Shown: positions 27,049 to 36,263 of the stretch, piece by piece | Numbering within the stretch: the first letter of the stretch is position 1 | Layout of the letters: the number at the start of each line of letters is the position of its first letter | Origin: a virus | Lineage: Duplodnaviria > Caudoviricetes | Direction: 5' to 3' (one strand) | Length of the DNA: 61,397 nucleotides | IMG/VR virus record: IMGVR_UViG_3300042566_000075 | Span: 1 to 61,397 of that record | The notes under the pieces: model-generated | The model's input: only the letters and a program-made list of their open reading frames with translations | What the model was told of the DNA's origin: nothing | Database searches by the model: none | Translations under genes and position numbers: made by a program

Positions 27049-29208
27049 CTATGGGTTGATTGTGAAGGCTACTTCTTGGCCACCGCCTGTAGGTAGTGTT
27101 GCTGGGTTGGCGTATTTAGTACCAAAGCCTGAGCCACTCCAAGGGTAAGCAGTGATATAAGGTGAAGACTCGTGCGCCACGGCAATCGCATCATTCGCTG
27201 GACTGAACGCTACGCCGCGGCCAGTACTCGCAGGTAATGTTGCTGGGTTTGCGTACTTAGTTCCGAAGCCCGCGCCACTCCAAGGGTATACCGTGACGAA
27301 TGGTGTTGTAAAGTGCGCTACGGCAATCGCATCGCCTATTGGGTTAAACGCTACACCGTTACATTGACTCGCAGGCAGCGTGGCTGGGTCAGCAAACTTT
27401 GTTCCGAAGCCCGCGCCACTCCAAGGGTATGCTGTGACGAATGGCGAATTGGAGTGCGCCACGGCAATCGCATTATTCGATGGACTGAACGCCACGCTAA
27501 GGGCAAGACCTGTAGGTAGTGTTGCTGGGTCAGCAAACTTTGTTCCGAAGCCCGCGCCACTCCAAGCATAAACAAAGATGAAGGGAGAACTAGATGTCAC
27601 CGTGGCAATCGCATTTCCAGCAGGGCTAAAAGCGACGCCACCGGAGCTATTAGGCAGCGTGGCTGGGTCAGCAAACTTAGTTCCGAAGCCAGAACTAGAC
27701 CAAGGATAGACAGAGATGAAGGGCGAAGAGTCATGGTTTACAGCAATCGCATCATTCGATGGACTGAATGCTACTCCATAGCAAGTACCAGTAGGCAGCG
27801 TAGCAGGATTTGCAAATTTAGTACCGAAGCCAGAACCGCTCCATGGGTATGCTGTGATGAAGGGTGTTGTCTGGTGCGCTACAGCAATAGCATTGCCAGA
27901 AGGGCTGAAGGCTACCGCATTCGGATTGTTTGCGGGTAACGTTGCTGGATTGGAGTATTTAGCACCAAAACCAACACCCCTCCAATCGTAGACATCCACG
28001 TATGGACTTCCATTTGCCGCCACAGCGATAGATTGAGATCCTGTATTGTTTGTTTGATACAGGTAGTTTGCCATCCACTTTGTCGCAGTCACTTTAATAC
28101 ACATTAGGGTGTTGTTCGGCGGGACACGGATGGTTCCGGTAGTCCCATTACCAAATACCAATGTATCACTAGTGATTGCTACGTTTACAAAAATTCCAAC
28201 ATTCTCAACCGTAAACAGAACAACAGTACCAATTGGGAACGCAACGCTGGCGTTTGCAGGTATAGTGTATGTTCGCGTAGCCGCGTCACTCGAAGGGTGA
28301 AATATCTGCTTACCAGCATCACTCAGAACAAGCGTGTAGTTTGCTGACTGGATGTTCTGCGGGTAGCTGATCGTCCCCGTTGGGCCGGTTGGCCCTGTCG
28401 CCCCTGTCGGCCCTGTGGCTCCGGTTGCCCCTGTCGCCCCTGTTGGGCCCATAGCGAACGTCACCCATTGTGCTGTAGTGCCGTCGTTATAGTATATGTA
28501 GGGTATACCCGTCTCGCTGTTCCACCAAACATCGCCCGCCGCTGGTGATACTGGTGCGGTTGCGCTGATGACAGCCCTTGGCGGCGCTACGCTAGATACC
28601 CAGCTTGTGCCGTTGCTAGTAAGGATATTACCAGAAGTACTCGGCGCAACAACTTGAAGTGCGTCAGTGCCGTTGCCCAAGAGGACATTATTTGCAGTCA
28701 GGGTCGCGGCACCAGTACCGCCATTGGCGACAGGCAGTGTGCCTGTTACGTTTGTTGTAAGGTTAACCGTCGAGAGGTAGCCGCTCGGATTAGCTGCCGG
28801 ATACGCACCTAGAGACGTCAGAGCATTAGCAGCGGTCGTGGCGTTTGTACCGCCATTGGCGATGGGGAGTACTGCAGAGCCTGCGGCGAGGGTCGAGCCG
28901 TCTTGATACACCGCCCTTTCTGCAGGATATGTAAGAAACACATCCTTGGCACCCGCGGCAAAGTCCACGAGCGCACCAGCATTACTGGACTCCAATACGG
29001 TATCACGAGAAAGCGTAGGACCAGCACCGAGGTACGTACCAATACCGACTTCCCACTGGTTATCCAGATTGATCGTGTAGTATGTCGTATTACCGTTGCC
29101 GATTACACTGAAAGACTGGTAGCCAATTACAGCGCCAGCAAGGGTTATGGTCCCTGTACCAGTGGTAGTGGTAGTCTCTCGGACGCGATCAGCAACGACT
29201 AAAGGCAT
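27049..29208 (-). CDS. tail fibre with collagen-like segment and C-terminal 7-repeat beta-propeller
   Basis: DRVRETTTTTGTG N-terminus, GGTGA and GPTGAT repeats, seven about 45-aa K[FY]x[DN]PATLP..VAF repeats. Confidence 0.85.
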   Translation of the reverse strand: MPLVVADRVRETTTTTGTGTITLAGAVIGYQSFSVIGNGNTTYYTINLDNQWEVGIGTYLGAGPTLSRDTVLESSNAGALVDFAAGAKDVFLTYPAERAVYQDGSTLAAGSAVLPIANGGTNATTAANALTSLGAYPAANPSGYLSTVNLTTNVTGTLPVANGGTGAATLTANNVLLGNGTDALQVVAPSTSGNILTSNGTSWVSSVAPPRAVISATAPVSPAAGDVWWNSETGIPYIYYNDGTTAQWVTFAMGPTGATGATGATGPTGATGPTGPTGTISYPQNIQSANYTLVLSDAGKQIFHPSSDAATRTYTIPANASVAFPIGTVVLFTVENVGIFVNVAITSDTLVFGNGTTGTIRVPPNNTLMCIKVTATKWMANYLYQTNNTGSQSIAVAANGSPYVDVYDWRGVGFGAKYSNPATLPANNPNAVAFSPSGNAIAVAHQTTPFITAYPWSGSGFGTKFANPATLPTGTCYGVAFSPSNDAIAVNHDSSPFISVYPWSSSGFGTKFADPATLPNSSGGVAFSPAGNAIATVTSSSPFIFVYAWSGAGFGTKFADPATLPTGLALSVAFSPSNNAIAVAHSNSPFVTAYPWSGAGFGTKFADPATLPASQCNGVAFNPIGDAIAVAHFTTPFVTVYPWSGAGFGTKYANPATLPASTGRGVAFSPANDAIAVAHESSPYITAYPWSGSGFGTKYANPATLPTGGGQEVAFTINP
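27052..28030. repeat. seven diverged about 135-bp coding repeats (propeller blades)
   Basis: Recurrent GCTGGGTCAGCAAACTT / CCGAAGCCCGCGCCACTCCAAG blocks. Confidence 0.85.
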
Positions 29209-29217
29209 TGGTTTTCC

Positions 29218-29688
29218 TTATACGATACGGATAATAGCGGTGGTATTAGAAGCCGTTGGGAAGATGATGGTGAAGTCACCGTCCGTCGAGCTCTTATCCG
29301 AGCCGAAGTCCAAAGCAGCTACTGCAGCGTTAGTCAGCGTAGTGTTTGCGTTTGAGTTAGCCGAAGGCGTCGTGTTGTAGATAAGCGCGCCGCGAGCCGT
29401 GATCGTTGCATTGGAGAAGGTCAGGTCGGAAAAGTCCGTGAAGCCTGTCCCTGTAGACGCGCTGTTGTTGGATGTAACCACACCAAGATTGACGAGCGTG
29501 CCGCCACCAGCAGTGTAGTTAGTACCCACAACTTCATTCGACGCAGTATATGCGGTGGTGTTGGCGTCAATCGAAGCGGACGAAGTGTATAGCGCCAGCT
29601 TGAAAGTATCACCGCTTACGCGGAAATCGTGTACGGCCAGCATAAGCTCGGCCTTAAACGACGTGGACATTGCTTGAGTAATTGGCAT
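29218..29688 (-). CDS. virion structural protein
   Basis: FKLALY...YTAGG..L...ARGALIYN...LDFG pattern, late context. Confidence 0.7.
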   Translation of the reverse strand: MPITQAMSTSFKAELMLAVHDFRVSGDTFKLALYTSSASIDANTTAYTASNEVVGTNYTAGGGTLVNLGVVTSNNSASTGTGFTDFSDLTFSNATITARGALIYNTTPSANSNANTTLTNAAVAALDFGSDKSSTDGDFTIIFPTASNTTAIIRIV

Positions 29689-29700
29689 CTTAAGGCCTCC

Positions 29701-29985
29701 TTATGTATCGAGTATAGCGGTTAGCTCTGGATGCCCCGCCTGCTTAAATTTGTTCACCAGAGTTACGTTATGAGACCGCACGGCCTCGTGCATATAGTGC
29801 ACCAAGACAGCACGGATGCTATCTTTAAAAGCTTCGGCTTGGTCGCGGATAGCTGGGTGTGATGCACTACCCACATAGATAATTTTGTCTAACGCCCGTT
29901 CGGCAACTTCCTCCGGCGTGGACCCACGACCTTGGGTCGCCATAACCATGACGTTACCAATAGTGCCTGAAACGGGATCAAACAT
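29701..29985 (-). CDS. hypothetical protein
   Basis: 94-aa ORF with TAGGAG RBS in the late operon. Confidence 0.7.
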   Translation of the reverse strand: MFDPVSGTIGNVMVMATQGRGSTPEEVAERALDKIIYVGSASHPAIRDQAEAFKDSIRAVLVHYMHEAVRSHNVTLVNKFKQAGHPELTAILDT

Positions 29986-29994
29986 CTATATCTC

Positions 29995-30675
29995 CTACCT
30001 AACCGGATACCGAACTTGCGGCGTCCGGTACATATCCTGCCTGTTTTTACCTTCACCAAGCTGTTTGAGCATACCTAACGCTTCGTCGTACCGCTTCTGG
30101 TACTCAGCGTTAATATCCTGCTCGCCCTTCATAAAGATATACGCCTCAATTAGCGCACCGTAAAGCAAAGCGCTATCGAAATTATCACCTAACCAAGAAG
30201 TGCCAGCCGTTACGATTGACTCTGGGTAGTAGAAGTAATGTAGCTCGACTACGTAATCTTCATCTGGTGTTGGCCCAAGAATGTACGAGTTCTCATCAAA
30301 GTAGGCGTAGTGTGTAGGTATACCTGTAACAGTTGGGTTCGGAAACGACTGCCGGATATAGCTTACATCCTTGTTGAGCATATACTCATAACGTCCATCA
30401 GCGTCGATGACAGCTATAGAGAAGTTGGCCAGCCAGTCTGAAGGCACCGACAGGTATTTGTTACCTGCCGTCATGTTACCCGTCACGTTCTTACGCAGAT
30501 CAAGCAACTGCACCGTGTTAAAGATGCGCTGCTCGGCCTGTTCAATAAACGTGTTGATCTGTTCGGTAGACGTGAACGTCACCGGAGTGGAGCCGTCAGA
30601 GCCGGTCCATGAGGTGTTGGGGAAGTCGTTTTCGACGTACCCCTTGATTGTCTCGAACAGTTCAGCGTAATTCAT
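29995..30675 (-). CDS. head-tail adaptor / tail tubular protein A-like
   Basis: FIEQAEQRI, G.PTHYA, LGPTPD and LLYGAL motifs. Confidence 0.7.
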   Translation of the reverse strand: MNYAELFETIKGYVENDFPNTSWTGSDGSTPVTFTSTEQINTFIEQAEQRIFNTVQLLDLRKNVTGNMTAGNKYLSVPSDWLANFSIAVIDADGRYEYMLNKDVSYIRQSFPNPTVTGIPTHYAYFDENSYILGPTPDEDYVVELHYFYYPESIVTAGTSWLGDNFDSALLYGALIEAYIFMKGEQDINAEYQKRYDEALGMLKQLGEGKNRQDMYRTPQVRYPVR

Positions 30676-30815
30676 TATGCCAACTTCTTGCTGCTATGCG
30701 TGCCCTTAGTCGCCGCACCCGTACCGCGAGTTTTCACAGTCTGAGTGTTGGGGATGTTGTTCGGGTAGCCTGAGTTGTTCTTCACAATCGGCACCGTTTT
30801 TGGCTTGTAGTCCAT
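30675..30815 (-). CDS. 46-aa basic protein (not in ORF track), MDYKPKTVP...RGTGAATKGTHSSKKLA
   Basis: Fills the gap between neighbours exactly, with TAATG coupling. Confidence 0.7.
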   Translation of the reverse strand: MDYKPKTVPIVKNNSGYPNNIPNTQTVKTRGTGAATKGTHSSKKLA

Positions 30816-30816
30816 A

Positions 30817-31011
30817 TTATTTACCCCGCGAAGATTTCTTCTGGTTGGCGACCTTGGCTAAGTTACGGCCCATAGCACCCATTTGTGCGTTGGTCTTGCC
30901 GCCCTTGGCCATCTTAGTCAGGGGTTTGCCCTTGTGCATTGCGCGCTCGTGCTTGTGCACGGCCTTCGCTGCAGTGGCTTTATCCTGCTTCATATCTTTC
31001 TTATCCATCAC
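30817..31011 (-). CDS. small Lys-rich protein with MAKGG motif
   Basis: 64 aa, GGAG RBS. Confidence 0.7.
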   Translation of the reverse strand: MMDKKDMKQDKATAAKAVHKHERAMHKGKPLTKMAKGGKTNAQMGAMGRNLAKVANQKKSSRGK

Positions 31012-31403
31012 TAATTCTCCGTCTCAATTGTTACGGTCCCTACTTGACCAGTGCCTAATAGCGTATTTGGAAGACCAAATAAACCCAAAGGATCATTTAG
31101 TCCTACAGGGTTCCAACCCCACTGGATTATGCGACTACCGTCACTTGGGTTATTGTTCGGGTTAAGGCCCGATTGGTAGTAGCTGTTGTCTGGGCGTGGG
31201 TCTCGCAACGCCTGTGGGTCATCCACTGGATACATACCCAACTGAAGCTGGGGCTGATCTGGTTCCCAGCAAGTGGGGCACACAAGGATGTTGACATTCT
31301 TGGTCTTAATGACAAGCCGTTTGAGTTCCTTCAGCTTGTACCGAAAGTTACAGCGGTCGCACTGGGCGATTGCCCATTTACCAGATGCAAACCGATTAGG
31401 CAC
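31011..31403 (-). CDS. Cys4 zinc-finger-like late protein
   Basis: CDRC...CPTC, then DDPQALRDPRPD. Confidence 0.7.
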   Translation of the reverse strand: MPNRFASGKWAIAQCDRCNFRYKLKELKRLVIKTKNVNILVCPTCWEPDQPQLQLGMYPVDDPQALRDPRPDNSYYQSGLNPNNNPSDGSRIIQWGWNPVGLNDPLGLFGLPNTLLGTGQVGTVTIETEN

Positions 31404-31406
31404 AAA

Positions 31407-32117
31407 TCACCGGAAATACTGACGAGGTGCGATGCGCAATGGCGCTTTCTCGCGGTCCTCATCAGCAGCCTGTTGCCAGAGTTCTTCGTACTGCATCTTC
31501 AACCCAGCAGAGCGCTCAAGCGCACCGGGCACCTTCAAGGATAGGTGATACGCGAGACCAGCCACCAAACAAGGGAGGAACCTAAACGGTATATCTTGCG
31601 TAGTAACACCATCACCAGCATCCTGTAAGCGGCGCAAGCGCCAGTAAACAAAGGTATAATAGTTGCTCTGGTCTGGGGCTGGCCACACATTAATCTGCGG
31701 TTCTTTCACACCAGTAACCGGATAGTCTGCACCTGACTGGCGGTTGATCCACACTTGGATAGGCCGACCCTGCGCGTTCTTATTTGGAATTGTTGAGTAT
31801 GTGTCGATACTAATCCGGTTGATGGTGATGTCGGTCTGCTGCTCCCCAGTCTGGGTGCGCACGACATGCTCAAGTAGGTCTATGGTATCTACAGGTAGGT
31901 CATAGACAATCTGCCCCTGAACCATAGGGATCGAACCTTGCTCGATGGTCCACAGGTTAATACCACGGTTAGCCCACTCAATGGTAAGCAGGTTCAAACT
32001 ACGACGTGCGGTGCGCAGATCATAACCCGTGCGAAGCTCAGCCCCGCAACGCTCAAAAGCCTCTTCGACTAAATCGTTGAGGTTAAGGTTAAATGTGCTG
32101 GTGCCCGAGGTAGTCAT
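31407..32117 (-). CDS. head-tail adaptor-like protein (second)
   Basis: EEAFERCG, WANRG.NLW, GRP and VWPAPD motifs. Confidence 0.7.
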   Translation of the reverse strand: MTTSGTSTFNLNLNDLVEEAFERCGAELRTGYDLRTARRSLNLLTIEWANRGINLWTIEQGSIPMVQGQIVYDLPVDTIDLLEHVVRTQTGEQQTDITINRISIDTYSTIPNKNAQGRPIQVWINRQSGADYPVTGVKEPQINVWPAPDQSNYYTFVYWRLRRLQDAGDGVTTQDIPFRFLPCLVAGLAYHLSLKVPGALERSAGLKMQYEELWQQAADEDREKAPLRIAPRQYFR

Positions 32118-32509
32118 CTGTATTTCGCTGCCTTCTTCGCTATGGCCTTCGGCTGCTTAACAAACTGTTTGCCTGCCTTAATACCTGCGCGCTTCGCCTT
32201 GCTTGTAGCAGAGTATTCCTGCGAACTCAAAGCCTCACGTGCTTTCTTAGGTAAGTAGCGCTCACCCGTAGCTTTCTTGCCCTGCGTAGACGGCTTGCCC
32301 GACTTGGTTCCCCAGTCTTCCTTGGTCCATTTGGTCAAGGATTTCTGTGCTTCTGTCTTTGGGCCGCTATAGCCACCGCCAGACTTCTTGTACCGCTGCG
32401 TAGCAAGCTGAGCTTTTCTCGCGGACCATTGCCCCGGATTGCCGCCTTTGTCGCCAGCTTTTACACTAGCGACAATGCGTTTCCACTTGGGTTCGTCCGA
32501 CCGGGCCAT
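32114..32509 (-). CDS. basic phage protein (DUF5872-like)
   Basis: GQWSARKAQL...YKKSGGGY...WTKEDW...ERYLP. Confidence 0.65.
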   Translation of the reverse strand: MARSDEPKWKRIVASVKAGDKGGNPGQWSARKAQLATQRYKKSGGGYSGPKTEAQKSLTKWTKEDWGTKSGKPSTQGKKATGERYLPKKAREALSSQEYSATSKAKRAGIKAGKQFVKQPKAIAKKAAKYR

Positions 32510-32799
32510 TACTTCTTCTTGAAGCCCTTAAGCATCTGCGCAAACCGTGCACGTTGACCTAGCTTACCGGGGGCCTTGGCGGCTTTTGCAAGTTTCCCTG
32601 CTGGGATTTTCTTTCCCTTAGGAGTGCCAAGCTGCGCACGGAGTGCGCCCGGTTTCTTGATCGCTTTGGAGATGTCAAGCTTCGCCTTACCGCCCTTAGC
32701 ATACACAGCCACCTCGTCGGGGTTATCCTTACGACGGATTGTCTTTTTACCCGGCATTTTGGAAGGGTTTATATCCCCCATACCCCGACAAGCGCGCAT
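32509..32799 (-). CDS. small basic protein with YAKGG and AIKKPGALR motifs
   Basis: 96 aa, coupled to both neighbours. Confidence 0.7.
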   Translation of the reverse strand: MRACRGMGDINPSKMPGKKTIRRKDNPDEVAVYAKGGKAKLDISKAIKKPGALRAQLGTPKGKKIPAGKLAKAAKAPGKLGQRARFAQMLKGFKKK

Positions 32800-33728
32800 T
32801 AGCAGGTTTTCCCGCCACGAGCCAGCATCTTGCCCTTGGTCTTACCCTTTACAGCGCAACCATCAGCACGCTTAGAGGCAGAGGAGACTGAGCCACCTGA
32901 AGCGTAGCACTTACCGCCACCGGCCTTCTTCATCATTGCACGGCCCTTAGTGTCAGCAGACTTCTTGACGAGAGCCTTACCGAACTTAGTTGCCTTACCG
33001 CCTTTTGCCATACCCGTGGTGTTACCCCGCGCAGCTTTAGCCGCAGTGTTTGCTGCCTTCCGTGCTGCAAGGTTCTCTCGGGTAATTGGTCCTAGTTTCG
33101 GAGCAGCAGCCGCCGCAGCAGTTCCCGTTATGTTGCCCCGCGCCGCTTTAGCCGCAGTGTTTGCTGCCTTCCGTGCTGCAAGGTTTTCGCGGGTAATTGG
33201 CCCTGAGCTTGAAACAGCGGGTTTTGCCGCAGTAGTTGTTGGCCTTGCGGTCGTAGTAGCGGATGCGCCAGCGGGCATACCACCCATAGCCATTTTCTTT
33301 ACGTTGCCGCCTTTTGCGTGCCCCATATTCAGCCGCCCAATATTTGTCGGTGTCCGTGCTGGAGCAGAAGCAGTGGAGCTTGCCTGTGCCGCTTTTGCGG
33401 CGGCTCCCTGCTGCAACTTATCGCTATTCGCTATGGCGTTAGCTTTGTTGGCAGAGGGACCTATTATAGCTGGAGTCCGCGGCTTAAGAGTTTTGTTTAG
33501 ACTACTTGCAACTCTCGACGGGAGGGACGTACCACCAAAGGCCATCTTCTTTACCTTACCGCCTTTTGCGTAGCCGCTCGAACGGTTTGCACGACCGATA
33601 GCTGCGGCCTGTTCTGGTGTAGGCTTGAGGTTTTTTATAGACTTACGGAACTTAGCATCCGCTGCCCGCTCGGCAGCAGTTGGTTGTGGGGGTTTTGGAG
33701 GTGTTGAACCACCGGAACGATATTTCAT
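32799..33728 (-). CDS. Lys/Ala-rich basic protein with nine xxxGG motifs and an internal duplication
   Basis: YRSGG, YAKGG, MAFGG, HAKGG, MAMGG, MAKGG, KAGGG, YASGG, LARGG. GPITRENLAARKAANTAAKAARGN occurs twice. Confidence 0.7.
   Translation of the reverse strand: MKYRSGGSTPPKPPQPTAAERAADAKFRKSIKNLKPTPEQAAAIGRANRSSGYAKGGKVKKMAFGGTSLPSRVASSLNKTLKPRTPAIIGPSANKANAIANSDKLQQGAAAKAAQASSTASAPARTPTNIGRLNMGHAKGGNVKKMAMGGMPAGASATTTARPTTTAAKPAVSSSGPITRENLAARKAANTAAKAARGNITGTAAAAAAPKLGPITRENLAARKAANTAAKAARGNTTGMAKGGKATKFGKALVKKSADTKGRAMMKKAGGGKCYASGGSVSSASKRADGCAVKGKTKGKMLARGGKTC
33021..33203. repeat. 72-bp imperfect direct repeat (33021-33092, 33132-33203)
   Basis: GCTTTAGCCGCAGTGTTTGCTGCCTTCCGTGCTGCAAGGTT core is identical in both copies. 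Confidence 0.9.
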
Positions 33729-33973
33729 AGCTTTGTCCTTCCTATCTCTTCTACTTTAGCTTCAAGGCGTTCAAATGCCTTATCAAACCGGTCACCCAGC
33801 CTATCGACCATTATGTTTACTTCTGACCGAGTGACATGGTCGCGTGCCACTTCTTCACGGGTTTTGTTGAGTAGGATGCCGAGACGATCCAATTCGTCGA
33901 TCTTGCCTTTAAACAAGAAGCCCATGATTGCCACCGTTGCGCTTAGTGCGATGTTCCATATCATCATCTCCAT
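33725..33973 (-). CDS. single-TM coiled-coil protein
   Basis: Hydrophobic N-terminal helix then heptad pattern. Start set at ATG 33973. Confidence 0.65.
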   Translation of the reverse strand: MEMMIWNIALSATVAIMGFLFKGKIDELDRLGILLNKTREEVARDHVTRSEVNIMVDRLGDRFDKAFERLEAKVEEIGRTKL

Positions 33974-33974
33974 G

Positions 33975-34229
33975 TCAACACTTCCAAGCCCGGAGTGACT
34001 TGTTGATGCGGCTGTTAGGATCATTCGCAGTCTTCTTACTTGTGAGTTTCTTCTTCATCCCGGACATCCGAGCGCAGAATGACTTCTTACGCGGACCACC
34101 TTCGGGCTGCGGTGCCTTGAGACCGGGCTTACCCGGATTGGCTTTATTGTAAGACGCACGACCCTTGGCGTTCAGCCCGCCAGACTTCGCTTTGCCTTCT
34201 TTGCGTGTCCAAGCCGGAGTCTTAGCCAT
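33975..34229 (-). CDS. small basic phage protein (DUF6321-like)
   Basis: GGLNAKGRASY...RKKSFCARM...SLRAWKC. Confidence 0.65.
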   Translation of the reverse strand: MAKTPAWTRKEGKAKSGGLNAKGRASYNKANPGKPGLKAPQPEGGPRKKSFCARMSGMKKKLTSKKTANDPNSRINKSLRAWKC

Positions 34230-34555
34230 CAGACAAAACGTCCTTTCGTCTTACCCTTGGTAGCGCAGCCGTCGGCACGCTTGGAAGCAGTTGAGCCACC
34301 CTTGGCCATTTTCTTGACCTTGCCGCCCTTACGCATCGTAGGCTCGTTTTCTTCGCCTACCATGGGACGGGTGCCTTTTTTCTCTTTCTCTTTCTCTTTC
34401 TCTTCGTCTTTGTCGCGGGCGCTTTTAGCGAGGTACGACATAGGAAGAAGCATACCCATACCCGAGTCGGCCAGCTTGGCCATACCTTTACCGAACATGC
34501 CCTTACCGGTTAGCGCCCCTGCGAGCGGCGAAATGTCACCTAACTTGATACCCAT
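34229..34555 (-). CDS. small basic protein with MRKGG/MAKGG and RADGCA.KGKTKG motifs
   Basis: C-terminus nearly identical to that of 32799-33728. Confidence 0.7.
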   Translation of the reverse strand: MGIKLGDISPLAGALTGKGMFGKGMAKLADSGMGMLLPMSYLAKSARDKDEEKEKEKEKKGTRPMVGEENEPTMRKGGKVKKMAKGGSTASKRADGCATKGKTKGRFV

Positions 34556-35292
34556 TATGCTGCATCCTTCTGTGCGGGGACAACCATCGGATAGAGGATG
34601 TCTTGTCCGTAGTTACCGGTATATTCCTGTACGCCCATGTGACCTAACGAGATTGATGGGTCGATCCAGACGTCGAAACCGAGTTCACGTGCACGGTCGC
34701 AGAAGAGGAAGTCTTCCCCCATGTAACCTTCCGACGTAACTTCGAAATCAAACATCGCAGTGAGCATACGATCCGTGCGTGTGTCATAATATTTCCACTC
34801 CGGATGGGCGGCTTCCATCTGTTCAAAGACTTCACGACGCACCAACATAAAGGCAGTCGCCACGCGCTTCGCACGTACGAGACCCATGCCATTCATGGTG
34901 AGTTCGCCATTTTCGTCATGGTCAAGCGTAGCGATGTAGGTTTTGGTTTCGCTGCGGGTGCGCGGGACACCAGCGACGATGCCCTTTTTGGGGTCTGTGC
35001 CCCACGCCATAAGGCGGAAAATATCGTCGGCCTCGAAGTTAATGTCCGAGTCGATGAACATTAGGTAGTCGCAGTTCGACTCCAGCAAGTCCTGCGCCAG
35101 CAGGTTGCGCGCACGAGAAACAACAGAGCAACCACAAATGCTGCCGATCTGAATATCAATCCCATGCTGCGCAGCCTGTTGCGCAAAGCGAGCAAGAGAA
35201 ACAGCTAGCTTCAAGGATACCTTGAAGTCGTACGCTGGAAGAGCAATGAAGATGCTCTTACCAGCTAAGTCGTAGCTTTTTTCCTGCTGCAT
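34555..35292 (-). CDS. GT-A fold glycosyltransferase-like protein (late copy)
   Basis: RARN, YLMFIDSD (DxD), FMLVRREVFE, GEDFLFC and H.G motifs. Confidence 0.75.
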   Translation of the reverse strand: MQQEKSYDLAGKSIFIALPAYDFKVSLKLAVSLARFAQQAAQHGIDIQIGSICGCSVVSRARNLLAQDLLESNCDYLMFIDSDINFEADDIFRLMAWGTDPKKGIVAGVPRTRSETKTYIATLDHDENGELTMNGMGLVRAKRVATAFMLVRREVFEQMEAAHPEWKYYDTRTDRMLTAMFDFEVTSEGYMGEDFLFCDRARELGFDVWIDPSISLGHMGVQEYTGNYGQDILYPMVVPAQKDAA

Positions 35293-35295
35293 ATA

Positions 35296-35769
35296 TCACC
35301 CGTAGAAAATGGTGCAGTGGATATTCGCACCGAGGAACACCCGGATACCGTTTTCCGCCAAAATACCTTCGCCGGGAATAACTACGCTATAGGCTGTTTG
35401 GTCCGAAGCGTCTGCTTGCGTTAATACCTCACCCCACACCGTGACGTTACCGCTGGTCGCGCCGCTGTTAGTCACAGTTACAGTGAACGTGTTGGTACCA
35501 GTTACAGTGACTTGATACGGGTTATCCGTTAAATCCCAATCGAGGTAGACCCATTGACCGGTACGTAGCCCATGGTTGGCTACGGTAATCGTCGCCGTTG
35601 TAGTGGACCGAGCATAAGTACCCGACATAGACACATCGTTCACAAACGTAGAATAACCGGTTGCGTTGGTGAACGGAAAAATAACCGCACCTTTTAAACG
35701 CGTACGGTACCCGACCATAAGGCCGTCATCGGCGGCATGAGTGGATTTGACATCAAATTGCATACCCAT
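35296..35769 (-). CDS. virion protein with small beta-barrel insert
   Basis: IPGEGIL motif and ANHGLRTGQ.V insert. Confidence 0.65.
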   Translation of the reverse strand: MGMQFDVKSTHAADDGLMVGYRTRLKGAVIFPFTNATGYSTFVNDVSMSGTYARSTTTATITVANHGLRTGQWVYLDWDLTDNPYQVTVTGTNTFTVTVTNSGATSGNVTVWGEVLTQADASDQTAYSVVIPGEGILAENGIRVFLGANIHCTIFYG

Positions 35770-35800
35770 CAGTATTCTCCTTCTTAGAGGTTGTTACCGA

Positions 35801-36181
35801 TTACGATGCAGTAGTTACGGCAATCCAAGTGGTGCTGCCGTCCGAAACGTACAAGCGAGTCGAAGTCGAGCTACCGTCGCTACGCAGGTAAATCGAACCC
35901 TTAGCAGCCGCAATAGTTGGAGCGCCTGAACCGATGTACATACCCATACCAGCAGCGACGTTGGTTGCAATGAATGCAGAAGCACCACCAGCGACAAGCC
36001 CAGTAGCGCTGTCAGCCGTGATGTTGCCGGTTGCCGTTATTGTGGTTGCTGCCAAAGAAGTTACCGAAGTAGCAGCGCCAAAAGTGCCGGTAACAGTAAC
36101 CGCGCCAGTCGTGCCATTGATCGAAATTGTTTGGAAGCCGTTCTCAGAACGAACTGGACCGTTAAATGTGGTATTAGCCAT
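35801..36181 (-). CDS. head fibre/decoration-like protein
   Basis: MANTTFNGPVRS start, GSGAP...GSIYLR motif. First gene after the capsid gene. Confidence 0.65.
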   Translation of the reverse strand: MANTTFNGPVRSENGFQTISINGTTGAVTVTGTFGAATSVTSLAATTITATGNITADSATGLVAGGASAFIATNVAAGMGMYIGSGAPTIAAAKGSIYLRSDGSSTSTRLYVSDGSTTWIAVTTAS

Positions 36182-36188
36182 GATTTAT

Positions 36189-36263
36189 CTCCTGTGTAGT
36201 AGCACTCGTACGTACCGTCTCTACTAAGTCCGCTGGGCCGGTCGGTACGAATAATATCCCTAG
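36189..36263 (-). ncRNA. candidate structured cis-regulatory leader RNA with two possible pseudoknots
   Basis: 7-bp stem CGUACCG/CGGUACG enclosing a CCG/CGG hairpin. UAGUAG can pair with CUACUA next to the RBS. Confidence 0.5.

Noticed and set aside
27052-28030. Diversity-generating retroelement TR/VR pair
   Set aside because: Repeats are in-frame propeller blades, differences are not adenine-specific, and no reverse transcriptase was recognised.
36189-36263. Hammerhead ribozyme or tRNA
   Set aside because: No CUGANGA/GAAA core and no cloverleaf with T-loop GTTCRA.
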